Virus record (IMG/VR): IMGVR_UViG_3300048623_000062
Coordinates: 1 to 64,000 of that record
DNA: 64,000 bases
Strand: one strand, 5' to 3'
Source: a virus
Taxonomy: Duplodnaviria; Caudoviricetes
Positions 8,826 to 16,800 of this stretch are shown piece by piece (position 1 is the stretch's first letter; each line of letters starts with the position of its first letter). The translations under genes were made by a program, and so were the position numbers. Below the pieces are notes generated by a model. The model was not told where the DNA came from. It saw nothing but the letters and a program-made list of their open reading frames with translations, and did no database searches.

Positions 8826-9152
8826 TCACCTCAGCAGGCGTCGTGCCTGCGATGGGGACAACGTGAACGCCTGTCTCGCAGGCTGGTTGTGTGGGTTCTG
8901 GCTCTCGACGCCATCGGCCGCGCGCACGCCGATCACCTTCACGATGGCGATCTGGCAGACCTCCATCATGCGGTGGCACTTGTCGCAGGCGACCTTGTGG
9001 CCGGTGTCCAGCAGCTGCTGGGAGTCGAGCTCGGTGAAGTTGTTCTTATTGCCGCAGTGCGGACAGGGCACCTCGCCCACCGTGCCGCGGATCCATGGGC
9101 GCTGCTGTGGAGGCGGAGGCTGGCGTGGACCACCGAGTAGCTTCCGGATCAT
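8826..9152 (-). CDS. Zn-ribbon protein
   Basis: CPHCG...CDKC. Confidence 0.6.
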   Translation of the reverse strand: MIRKLLGGPRQPPPPQQRPWIRGTVGEVPCPHCGNKNNFTELDSQQLLDTGHKVACDKCHRMMEVCQIAIVKVIGVRAADGVESQNPHNQPARQAFTLSPSQARRLLR

Positions 9153-9337
9153 GACTTCTTCCCCTTGGCCGGCCCCGGGGAGAAGCCGATCGCCTTGTAC
9201 AGCAGCACGCGTGCCATCGAGCTCGGCTTCAGCCCGGCTTTCTTGCCGAGCTCGCGAATGACATCCTTCGCGGCCTTGCTGACGCGCACCTGGAGCAGGT
9301 CCTCCAGGTCTAGGCTGTCATCGTTCGCGTCGGCCAT
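9149..9337 (-). CDS. Ribbon-helix-helix DNA-binding protein
   Basis: LQVRVSKAAKDVIRELGKKAGLKPSSMARVLLYKAI matches RHH pattern. Confidence 0.75.
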   Translation of the reverse strand: MADANDDSLDLEDLLQVRVSKAAKDVIRELGKKAGLKPSSMARVLLYKAIGFSPGPAKGKKS

Positions 9338-9347
9338 GTGTTACAAA

Positions 9348-9383
9348 CCTATACTGACGTGATGGCGTCGAGTCAAGTATGAT
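9348..9383. promoter_or_regulatory. Overlapping divergent sigma70-like promoters
   Basis: Minus: TTGACT-17-TATAGG; plus: CTGACG-18-TATGAT; lies between divergent genes. Confidence 0.5.
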
Positions 9384-9389
9384 CGCCGC

Positions 9390-9782
9390 ATGCCACGAAT
9401 CAAAGACGGGTACTGGGACTTCTACCTGATGGGGCGCGAGGAGCGCGTCGCCAAATACAAGCGGGACATCGACCTCGACGCGTTGGAGCGTCAGGTCAAG
9501 GCGTCCGACGCCTCCATGCACCAGGTCATCCTGGCAGAGTGTGAGCAGGTGTGCGCGCCGCTGAGGACCGCGCGCGAACAGCGGAAGTGGGTCGCGGTCC
9601 CGGGCATCGCATCCGACATCAAAGAGGCCGGCGGCGATGAGTCGGCCGCATACACCGCGTGGTGCCACGGCCGGATCGACGAGCTCGCGCTGGTGATCGA
9701 GCGAGATCTCCTCGATGCCATGTCGCCCGATGATGGCGACGACGAGGACGAAGATGAAGAGGACGACGAGGACGAGGACTAG
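9390..9782 (+). CDS. Acidic-tailed hypothetical protein
   Basis: Only plus-strand gene in left arm; fills gap; poly-D/E tail. Confidence 0.6.
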   Translation: MPRIKDGYWDFYLMGREERVAKYKRDIDLDALERQVKASDASMHQVILAECEQVCAPLRTAREQRKWVAVPGIASDIKEAGGDESAAYTAWCHGRIDELALVIERDLLDAMSPDDGDDEDEDEEDDEDED

Positions 9783-10105
9783 ACCGCCAGGATCGATGAG
9801 CGCAGGACAGGAAGGTCGCCCTTCACCGTAACGTCGCGCACGACCCCAATCAGCACGACGTCCTCCCACTCGAAGAACTGCTCGATGAAGTGGTCGACGC
9901 GGTCGATGCCGTTCTTGCTCTCTCCGAGCTTGCTAAGCATCTTCAGGATGCCATCTGGCTGCCTCGACAAGACGCCCTGCATGGCCTGCGAGCCGCCTCG
10001 TATCAGCACGACGCACTCGAGCAGGACCTGACCGTCCGCGTCTTCGGTGCCGTTGGTATAGAACAGTTTATCGATGGTATTCTGCATCCGGGGGTTGTCG
10101 CTCAT
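9779..10105 (-). CDS. Hypothetical protein (Sm/SH3-like?)
   Basis: ORF track, coupled to GT gene. Confidence 0.55.
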   Translation of the reverse strand: MSDNPRMQNTIDKLFYTNGTEDADGQVLLECVVLIRGGSQAMQGVLSRQPDGILKMLSKLGESKNGIDRVDHFIEQFFEWEDVVLIGVVRDVTVKGDLPVLRSSILAV

Positions 10106-11277
10106 GGGGTCTTCCGTTTCATGCTCGCGATTGCGTTGTAGATGTTCGCCCCGACGACCTTGCGCGAGAACCGGTCGGAGGGGTCGTAGTCGAGTCTGAG
10201 GCTGGTGATGCGCTCGAGATACGCGCGGCGCATCGCGATCGCGAGTTGCGATGGGTCCGGGTCGTGCCAGTCATCGTGCACGGACATCCCTTGCGCGCCG
10301 ATGTACTGCATCCGGCCGGTGCCGGTGGCGGGGTCCATCGACACCGTGCGGATCTCGCCGCCGGCCGGCCGAAGCTCGCACCGGTAGCGGTCCGCCGAGG
10401 TGTTCGCGAGGAAGTCGTCGCTCCCCTGCCCCTTGGGCGCGATGATGTGCCGCCTGGCCAGCATCGCCTCGAAGGCGGGGAGGTTCCACGCCTCGCCCCG
10501 GGTCGCGGTGACGAAACAGTGGCTGCCCTGATGAAGCGCGTCGAGCTCGTCATCCGCGAGATGGTGGGTGGAGAATGACATGGGCGGCCATTGCTCCTGG
10601 GGTACGCCTGTCGTGATCGCCGCAAACCGCCCCGCCGTTTGCGGCGCCCCCACCGAATGGACGTGCAGGTGGACGTCGTGGTGCCCACCGAACGCGCGGA
10701 TATACGCCTGGATGAGGCCCTCGACGTTCTTGCGGCGATTCCAGGCTCCGATGTAGTAGAAGTTGTATGCGCTGGCCGGTGGAAGGCCGCTATCCGGCCG
10801 CCATCCGCGATGGCGCGCGCTGGTCGCCGGGTCGTAGGCGTGCGGAATGATCTCGACGCGCTTGGCGAGGTCGAAGTCACCCGGCCCAAACCTCATCGCA
10901 TGGCAGGTCTGCTTGCTCGGCACCCAGATCGCGTCGAACGGACCAAGCGCCTCGGCGACCGCATGCGAGATCGGTGAGAACCCCTCCCAGGTCGTGTACG
11001 CGATCCGCGGCGCACCCTTGCACAGATGACCGACGGCGCCCAGGACGTCGCCACAACTCACCGGCAGCGTGTGGATGATGACCGCGTCCACGTCCGCGCT
11101 GTCCTCGTTCACGTCCCGGATGAAAGGTGCCAGTGGCAAGAACCGGCTCGGGCACTGCTTGGCGTCGGTGGAGATCTCGAGGTCGATCCCAGCCTCGAGC
11201 ATGCTCATACAGAACTCGCCGGCGGCGTCGCCGTAGCCGGTGGGCTTGCCGAGGTGGCCGTAGTAGCGGACCTTCAT
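10102..11277 (-). CDS. Glycosyltransferase family 4 (GT-B)
   Basis: TGYG, YTTWE, IWVPS, YIGAWNRRKNVEGLIQAY, ATRGEAWNLPAFEAM (EX7E). Confidence 0.9.
   Translation of the reverse strand: MKVRYYGHLGKPTGYGDAAGEFCMSMLEAGIDLEISTDAKQCPSRFLPLAPFIRDVNEDSADVDAVIIHTLPVSCGDVLGAVGHLCKGAPRIAYTTWEGFSPISHAVAEALGPFDAIWVPSKQTCHAMRFGPGDFDLAKRVEIIPHAYDPATSARHRGWRPDSGLPPASAYNFYYIGAWNRRKNVEGLIQAYIRAFGGHHDVHLHVHSVGAPQTAGRFAAITTGVPQEQWPPMSFSTHHLADDELDALHQGSHCFVTATRGEAWNLPAFEAMLARRHIIAPKGQGSDDFLANTSADRYRCELRPAGGEIRTVSMDPATGTGRMQYIGAQGMSVHDDWHDPDPSQLAIAMRRAYLERITSLRLDYDPSDRFSRKVVGANIYNAIASMKRKTP
11128..11139. repeat. Near-perfect palindrome copy TGCCAGTGGCAA
   Basis: 12/13 match inside GT4 CDS. Confidence 0.75.
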
Positions 11278-11531
11278 AGATCCTCCGGCCGGAACGTCCA
11301 CGTGCGATTGAACGGTATCCCGTCGGGCGCGATGATGACATCGACGACCAGTGGTCTGAGCGCACGGTCCGTACGCGCGTCGAGATACTCCGCCATGCCC
11401 CAGAAAACGTTCAGGTCACAGTGGCCAGTTTCTTCGGCGGCGATGACGCATGCCGGCCTCGTGAACAAGCGCTGCGATCTGCCCAGGCGGAAGTGAAACA
11501 GCACGATCTGCCCCATCGTTGGAATCTTCAT
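11274..11531 (-). CDS. Phage hypothetical protein, tandem paralog 2
   Basis: MKIPTMGQIVLFHF...RPA...WTFRPEDL. Confidence 0.7.
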   Translation of the reverse strand: MKIPTMGQIVLFHFRLGRSQRLFTRPACVIAAEETGHCDLNVFWGMAEYLDARTDRALRPLVVDVIIAPDGIPFNRTWTFRPEDL

Positions 11532-11812
11532 AGATCCTCCGGCCTGAACGTCCACGTGTAATCAGCCGGGATTCTGCCGGCCGCAGTAGTCGCGGCCACG
11601 GCTGGCAAATAAAAGTCGACAAACATGGTGCCGATGTCTCGGTGTCCCCGCTGCGGGCTGTCGGTCGGCCACCACATTACATACAGGCCACAACTCACAC
11701 CGCTGTCATCGGGAGGGACGACAACGACCGCAGGACGAGTGATAAGCGCCTTGCGTTCGCGATCGTGGAAGTGGAACAGCACGATCTGTCCCATCGTCGG
11801 AGTCTTCATCAT
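11528..11812 (-). CDS. Phage hypothetical protein, tandem paralog 1
   Basis: MKTPTMGQIVLFHF...RPA...WTFRPEDL. Confidence 0.7.
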   Translation of the reverse strand: MMKTPTMGQIVLFHFHDRERKALITRPAVVVVPPDDSGVSCGLYVMWWPTDSPQRGHRDIGTMFVDFYLPAVAATTAAGRIPADYTWTFRPEDL

Positions 11813-11834
11813 CTCAGAGTCTCCTTGGAGTTGT

Positions 11835-12341
11835 TCAGGCAGGCGTGACCGCGCTCCGCAGGCGGGCGTGGTCGATATCGTTCGAGATCGGGATTGGGAT
11901 CACGGTCGTGTCGATCGCGTGCTTGTGCCACATGGGCATGTACCGGTCGGTCGGCGTCACCACGGCTTCGTACCGCGCGGCGGTGGCGATCGCGTAGGGG
12001 TCCACCGGGAACGAGGGTGTCAGGAGCACGTTGTGAACACCGGCCGTGTAGAGTTCCTGGCGCCCGCTGGCTACGCCGTCGCGCTGGCCCTTGGAGTTCG
12101 TCATGGGCACGTTCTGCACCCAGGACCAGCGGCTCGAGGCGCAGCACACGATGTTGACGTAGCGCGCGTGGAGCGGCGTGGCGAGCAACTGAGCGTAGGG
12201 TTCCCAGGCGCCCGACAACATGCCGGTCATCGATCCCACGCGCACCGGTGCGATGCGCAGGAGCGATTTCAGGTACTCGAGGGAGACCTTGCCGGTCGGC
12301 GAGTCGTCTGTGGTTGCGAAGTAGCGGATAAGCAGGCGCAT
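11835..12341 (-). CDS. Possible stand-alone GT-B N-terminal-like domain
   Basis: SPTGKVSLEY, VVTPT, IPIPI resemble N-terminal half of the adjacent GT4. Confidence 0.4.
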   Translation of the reverse strand: MRLLIRYFATTDDSPTGKVSLEYLKSLLRIAPVRVGSMTGMLSGAWEPYAQLLATPLHARYVNIVCCASSRWSWVQNVPMTNSKGQRDGVASGRQELYTAGVHNVLLTPSFPVDPYAIATAARYEAVVTPTDRYMPMWHKHAIDTTVIPIPISNDIDHARLRSAVTPA

Positions 12342-12445
12342 GGGCTACCTGTCGGTCGCTCTAACCTGCGAGGTCCGGCGCTCAGGAAGGCGGCCGGATG
12401 CCAGCCAAGATTTGCCCGAAGTCCGGCGCTGAGGATTGCCGCCGG

Positions 12446-12622
12446 CTACCATGACCTGTACAGCCTCGGCTTCTCGGTGACGAGGAGCCACAATACGAAC
12501 GCGGCCAATCCGAGGCCGATCACCTTCTTCTCGATGAGCGCCTTGTCGACAGCCTCGCTGTCGCCGACGTACATCAACTGCGAGACCCCGCGGGCATATG
12601 GCTTGTGGTGGACGATCTTCAT
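12446..12622 (-). CDS. Small membrane protein (58 aa, not in ORF track) with YVGD motif
   Basis: Manual translation MKIVHHKPYARGVSQLMYVGDSEAVDKALIEKKVIGLGLAAFVLWLLVTEKPRLYRSW. Confidence 0.55.
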   Translation of the reverse strand: MKIVHHKPYARGVSQLMYVGDSEAVDKALIEKKVIGLGLAAFVLWLLVTEKPRLYRSW

Positions 12623-12705
12623 TGTCGCTCAGTCCTGACGTGTGGCTCATTCCGACTGGGCCTAACTTCGAGGATGCCAGGCTATCCTTCCCGTGTCGCC
12701 AGAAA

Positions 12706-13515
12706 TCAGGTCTTCGGCGGCAACCGCGGCAACTTCTGGAGTTTCGCCACCCAATCGACGGTGGTGTTCCAGTAGTTGTTGATCTGCTTGTTCGCCACCT
12801 CCGGATTGCGGAGAGCAAGTTCTTCGGAGATCGTGGGGTTGCACGTCACGGCGAAGTTGCAGTCGACCGCGTAGTGGTCGAGTTTCGCGTCGCGCCGCCA
12901 CTGCTCGGCCATGTAGATCATGGTCTGTGCGGGAATGAAGCGCCGGTGCGTCGGGTCTTGAAACGCGCGGTCCGAGCGATGCGAGGGCCAGGTGACGTGC
13001 ATCCATCCGCCGGGGACGAGGATGCGATAGCACTCGTCGAAGAACGCAAACAACGCGTCCTTGCGATCGTAGAGATCGCGATCCACGTCGTGGAACTTCG
13101 GCCAGTGGTCGACGTACTCCATCGGGATGTGCTCGATGTAGTGCGAGCAGTGGATCTCGAGGACCGACTCGTTCTCGAACGGCCATGGGTACGCCTGGAG
13201 GTTGACGACGTGCTGGGCGCCGGGCCAGATGTCGACGCCCTCGTAGCCGTCCTTGGGCGACTGGCCACTGGCAAGATCCAGCTTGCGGGTGACCGGCGGC
13301 TTGGAGACCCCGACTAGTCCCGGCTCTTGGAGCGCCGGGATGCTCTGGGTCTCCCCCTGGAAGGGGGTTGGGTATGGAGCCGTGTATCGCCCTGGCAGAG
13401 GCGTTCCGTTGCCGCTGGTGGCGATCGGCACGGCCTGGTGGCAGTCCTTGTAGGGCTTCCCGCTGCCGCACGTACATGGGGCGGAGAGCACGTTCTCGCG
13501 GTCGCTCGGCATCAA
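12706..13515 (-). CDS. SEC-C motif plus class I SAM-dependent methyltransferase
   Basis: CTCGSGKPYKDCH; KLDLASG, WPFENESV, SHYIEH, ECYRILVPGG, DPTH. Confidence 0.85.
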   Translation of the reverse strand: MMPSDRENVLSAPCTCGSGKPYKDCHQAVPIATSGNGTPLPGRYTAPYPTPFQGETQSIPALQEPGLVGVSKPPVTRKLDLASGQSPKDGYEGVDIWPGAQHVVNLQAYPWPFENESVLEIHCSHYIEHIPMEYVDHWPKFHDVDRDLYDRKDALFAFFDECYRILVPGGWMHVTWPSHRSDRAFQDPTHRRFIPAQTMIYMAEQWRRDAKLDHYAVDCNFAVTCNPTISEELALRNPEVANKQINNYWNTTVDWVAKLQKLPRLPPKT

Positions 13516-13829
13516 TCCTCCACGCGCTCGTAGGTGGCATCGAAGATGTCTGGCTTGCAGGGGTACAATTCGCCCTTGACGCCCTGGATGATGTAGTCGC
13601 CGTGGTTCACGGCGTGCACGCCTTCAAGCGTAGAGATCACGAGGCGGTCTCCGTGACCGGGAACTCCACACGGCGGAACGCGCTCCATCGGCGCGATGGC
13701 CCCAGGTTCCGGCCAGCGCTTATTCCACGCCTCGTGAATCCACCGCGGCCACTCCGTCATGGCCCATCGGCTTGCCTCGGTCATCTGGAACGCCTCGACC
13801 ACCACAGGCTTCTTGCGGAACTTCGGCAT
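13512..13829 (-). CDS. Conserved phage protein (PGDYG-like)
   Basis: FRKKPVVVEAFQ...TLEG...GDYIIQGVKGELYPCKPDIFDATYE. Confidence 0.8.
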   Translation of the reverse strand: MPKFRKKPVVVEAFQMTEASRWAMTEWPRWIHEAWNKRWPEPGAIAPMERVPPCGVPGHGDRLVISTLEGVHAVNHGDYIIQGVKGELYPCKPDIFDATYERVED

Positions 13830-13874
13830 GCACTACTCCTTTGGTTGCTGGTTATCGAGCTTGCGGTCGGTCGG

Positions 13875-15140
13875 CTACAGCCCCAGCCACTGGGGATTGG
13901 AGAGGTACCACCGCACGGTCTTCTCGAGCGACTGCTCGAGGCCCATCGGGCGCTGCCACCCCATGCGGCGGATGGCGCTGTCGTCCATCGCATAGCGCAG
14001 GTCGTGCCCTGGGCGCGACGAGTGGAAGTCGACGAGCTCGTACTTAAGCTCGTAGTCTTGGCATGCGCGCGTGCGTGCGTCCCGCTCGACGACTCCGTGG
14101 ATGATCTGGGCGAGCTCAAGGTTGGAGAGCTCGCGCTCTCCGCACACGTGAAGTTTGAGCGGAAGCGGGTCGAATGGAGCGTCGACCTCGTCGTATGACT
14201 CGAGGTGCTTGCGGTTCTCGTCATCTCCTACGATCAGCCACGCCAGCGCGTTCGCGAACGTGCGGCAGTGCAGGTAGAACCGCGTGCCCGCGCGCGTCCG
14301 CGTCGGGTCGGCGTGGATGTGGATGGTCTCGCCGGTGAGGATCTTGCGGATCACGAGCGGCACGAACTTCTCGGGGTGCTGGCGCTCGCCGATGAGGTTC
14401 ATGGTGTTCACGATGGTGATGGGCAGGCGGTACGTGTTGGCGTACGCCATGGCAACCATCTCGCCGCCGGCCTTCGCAGCTGCGTAGGGGTTCGCCGGGC
14501 GGAACGTGGCCGCCTCGTCGAAGCCGACGTGCATGGCGGAACGTCTCGCGTCCAAGACGTCCTTGACGATTCCCTGGTAGACCTCGTAATCGAGTCCAAT
14601 TCGCTCACGTTGGGCTTTGGCACCGCCATGCTTGGACAGGATTTCAATCAGGTCCATTGCAAGGTTCACGAACTTGTTAATCGCCGGAGACGCGAAGTTG
14701 CCGCTCCCCTGCATCGGCGCCGGCCCGTACACCTCATCCGTCGACACCACGAATACCCGCCGCACGCTGGGCATCTGCCGCACGGCCCACAGGAGATTGT
14801 GGGTGCCGATCACGTTGCTCTGCAGGAACGGCAACGGGTCGATGATGCTGTTGTCGACGTGGCTCTCCGCCGCGGCGTGGATGATGTAGTCGACCTCGCC
14901 GATCTCGCGCACCACCCCCTCTGCCAGTGGCAAGGTCAGGTCCGGGTTGAGCATCCGCACGCGGTCGGTGAACTCGCTGGGGTCCGACATGCCCTCGCGC
15001 ACAAGGCGGAGCCGGTCGAACCCCATGGAGGCGTACGACAGCTTGTCGAGCACAACGAGCTCGGCCGTAGTGGTCTTCAGGAAGTGCTCGACGAGGTGGC
15101 TGCCGAGGAACCCGCAGCCGCCGGTGATCAGGATGCGCAT
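13875..15140 (-). CDS. rmlB: dTDP-glucose 4,6-dehydratase-like extended SDR with internal insertion
   Basis: ITGGCGFLGS, HAAAESHVDNSI, STDEVYG, YAAAK, HPEKFVP, RPGHDLRYA. Confidence 0.9.
   Translation of the reverse strand: MRILITGGCGFLGSHLVEHFLKTTTAELVVLDKLSYASMGFDRLRLVREGMSDPSEFTDRVRMLNPDLTLPLAEGVVREIGEVDYIIHAAAESHVDNSIIDPLPFLQSNVIGTHNLLWAVRQMPSVRRVFVVSTDEVYGPAPMQGSGNFASPAINKFVNLAMDLIEILSKHGGAKAQRERIGLDYEVYQGIVKDVLDARRSAMHVGFDEAATFRPANPYAAAKAGGEMVAMAYANTYRLPITIVNTMNLIGERQHPEKFVPLVIRKILTGETIHIHADPTRTRAGTRFYLHCRTFANALAWLIVGDDENRKHLESYDEVDAPFDPLPLKLHVCGERELSNLELAQIIHGVVERDARTRACQDYELKYELVDFHSSRPGHDLRYAMDDSAIRRMGWQRPMGLEQSLEKTVRWYLSNPQWLGL
14922..14933. repeat. Near-perfect palindrome copy TGCCAGTGGCAA
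   Basis: 12/13 match inside rmlB-like CDS. Confidence 0.75.
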
Positions 15141-15515
15141 TTACGTTCGCTTTCTCGTGTATCGCTTGGCGTCTCGCAGCTTGACGCCGTTGACCGTTTC
15201 GCTGTTCAGTCGGTTCTTGGTGTCGATGAGGCGGTTGACCTCGTCGGCGTGGTGCTTCAGTTGAGCGTTCAGCGTGGCGAGTTTTGCGTTGAAGTCCGCC
15301 TCTGCGGCGGCGTGCATCTTCTCGTATTGCTCGGCCCACATCTCGGCTTGCAAGCAGATCCCTCGGATCCAGACCCACGGGTCTATATCCCTTTCGCATT
15401 CATCACACGTCAGCTCTTGTCTCGTCATCGAGACGGATACCGAATCGTGTTTGCAGGTCTCGAGCATCTTGCGACGGATGCGCGGACCAATGTCTATGAC
15501 CATGCCCGTGGCCAT
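15141..15515 (-). CDS. Zn-finger plus coiled-coil hypothetical protein
   Basis: CKH...CDEC then coiled coil. Confidence 0.6.
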   Translation of the reverse strand: MATGMVIDIGPRIRRKMLETCKHDSVSVSMTRQELTCDECERDIDPWVWIRGICLQAEMWAEQYEKMHAAAEADFNAKLATLNAQLKHHADEVNRLIDTKNRLNSETVNGVKLRDAKRYTRKRT

Positions 15516-15528
15516 CAGAACTCCGTGC

Positions 15529-15735
15529 TCAGAAAACGCATAGCAGGATGCCTCCGATGAGCGATGCCGGGCACGCGACCACGCACAGCGACATGGTGAC
15601 GAGCAGTTCCCACTCGTGCGGGTGTGGCTCTCCGGGCCACTCCGCATCGAAGCCGACCTCGATCGTCCAGTAGCACACGCCCGCGATGAGCGCGCAGACG
15701 GCCGCTGCCGCGAATAGGACGATCGCCCAGGTCAT
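15529..15735 (-). CDS. Small membrane protein
   Basis: Two hydrophobic segments; ATG overlaps upstream stop. Confidence 0.55.
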   Translation of the reverse strand: MTWAIVLFAAAAVCALIAGVCYWTIEVGFDAEWPGEPHPHEWELLVTMSLCVVACPASLIGGILLCVF

Positions 15736-15929
15736 TGACCGGACTGCGAGATGATGGCCGCCACGACCGCCCGCGAGATGGCGACCGCGCCGAGGAAGAA
15801 CATGAGCACGACGATCGCCACCCAGGCGAGCTCGGCCCACTGCCCAACGCGCTCCACGGCTTTCTTCCGCGCGGCATCGCTGCCTGCAAACGAGCAGAGC
15901 GCCACGATGGACCAGATGATGATTGCCAT
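15732..15929 (-). CDS. Small membrane protein
   Basis: Two hydrophobic segments; ATG overlaps GT2 stop. Confidence 0.55.
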   Translation of the reverse strand: MAIIIWSIVALCSFAGSDAARKKAVERVGQWAELAWVAIVVLMFFLGAVAISRAVVAAIISQSGQ

Positions 15930-16732
15930 CAGTACACCTCGCCGGTGTTCAGGTCCATGTGCCCGACCTTCACCCTGCAGTCCACCGCGAACCGCCGCCC
16001 CTTCCGCCGCGCCTCCTTGCAGAACCACAGATCCTGCGTGAACCCCATGGGCTTGTTGTCGAGGATGTCGTCGACCGTCACGAACCACGGCTGCGGCATC
16101 TCGCGGAAGAGGTCCATACGCCACAGCGCGCAGCCCATGGCGATCCCGTTCACCGGCATCACCTGGCCGCACCGGAGCGCCTCGGTGACGTTGCGCGGGG
16201 TGAACTCGAGCTCGCCGGTGGTTTCGAACCGCTGGGGGTCGCCGTACGCCATGGGCATGTTGTAGTCGCCCTTGGTGAAGTACAGCCCCGACACGGCGTC
16301 GTAGGCGCCGGCCTCGATGGTCTCGAGGAGCCGCTTCTGCGCGTCGGCCGGGACGAGGTTGTCCGACTCGACGGTCATGATGTACTTCCACTTCCCGAGG
16401 TCCGGGTGGTCCAGGATCGACCTCACCATCTTGTCGTAGGCGATCCCAACCTCGTCGCCGTGGCAGATCATCAGGTGCCGCTTCTGGTTCATCGGCGCAA
16501 TCATCCCCCACAGCGCCGCCGCGACCCGGAAGTGGATCAGCGGCTCGCGCGTGGGCATGATGACGATGGTCGACTGGTCTCGGTAGGTGTTGCCTGCGAT
16601 GGTCGACACCCGCTCGAACCCCAGACCGGGCGCCTCGGCGTCCGGCGCCATGGCATGTTGGAGTTGGGCGAGCTCCAACATCACGTTCACATGGGTGGGC
16701 TTGTCATCAGATCCCGGCACGGACGCCACCAT
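15929..16732 (-). CDS. Glycosyltransferase family 2-like (GT-A)
   Basis: VIMPTR, YIMTVESD (DxD-like), AVSGLYF, GMGCALW, QDLWFC, VKVGH. Confidence 0.8.
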   Translation of the reverse strand: MVASVPGSDDKPTHVNVMLELAQLQHAMAPDAEAPGLGFERVSTIAGNTYRDQSTIVIMPTREPLIHFRVAAALWGMIAPMNQKRHLMICHGDEVGIAYDKMVRSILDHPDLGKWKYIMTVESDNLVPADAQKRLLETIEAGAYDAVSGLYFTKGDYNMPMAYGDPQRFETTGELEFTPRNVTEALRCGQVMPVNGIAMGCALWRMDLFREMPQPWFVTVDDILDNKPMGFTQDLWFCKEARRKGRRFAVDCRVKVGHMDLNTGEVY

Positions 16733-16800
16733 GCCATAGAAGGAGCGATCCCGGCGAGCGCCAACGGCGCACTCGGGATCTGCTCACCACCTTGCCAGAG

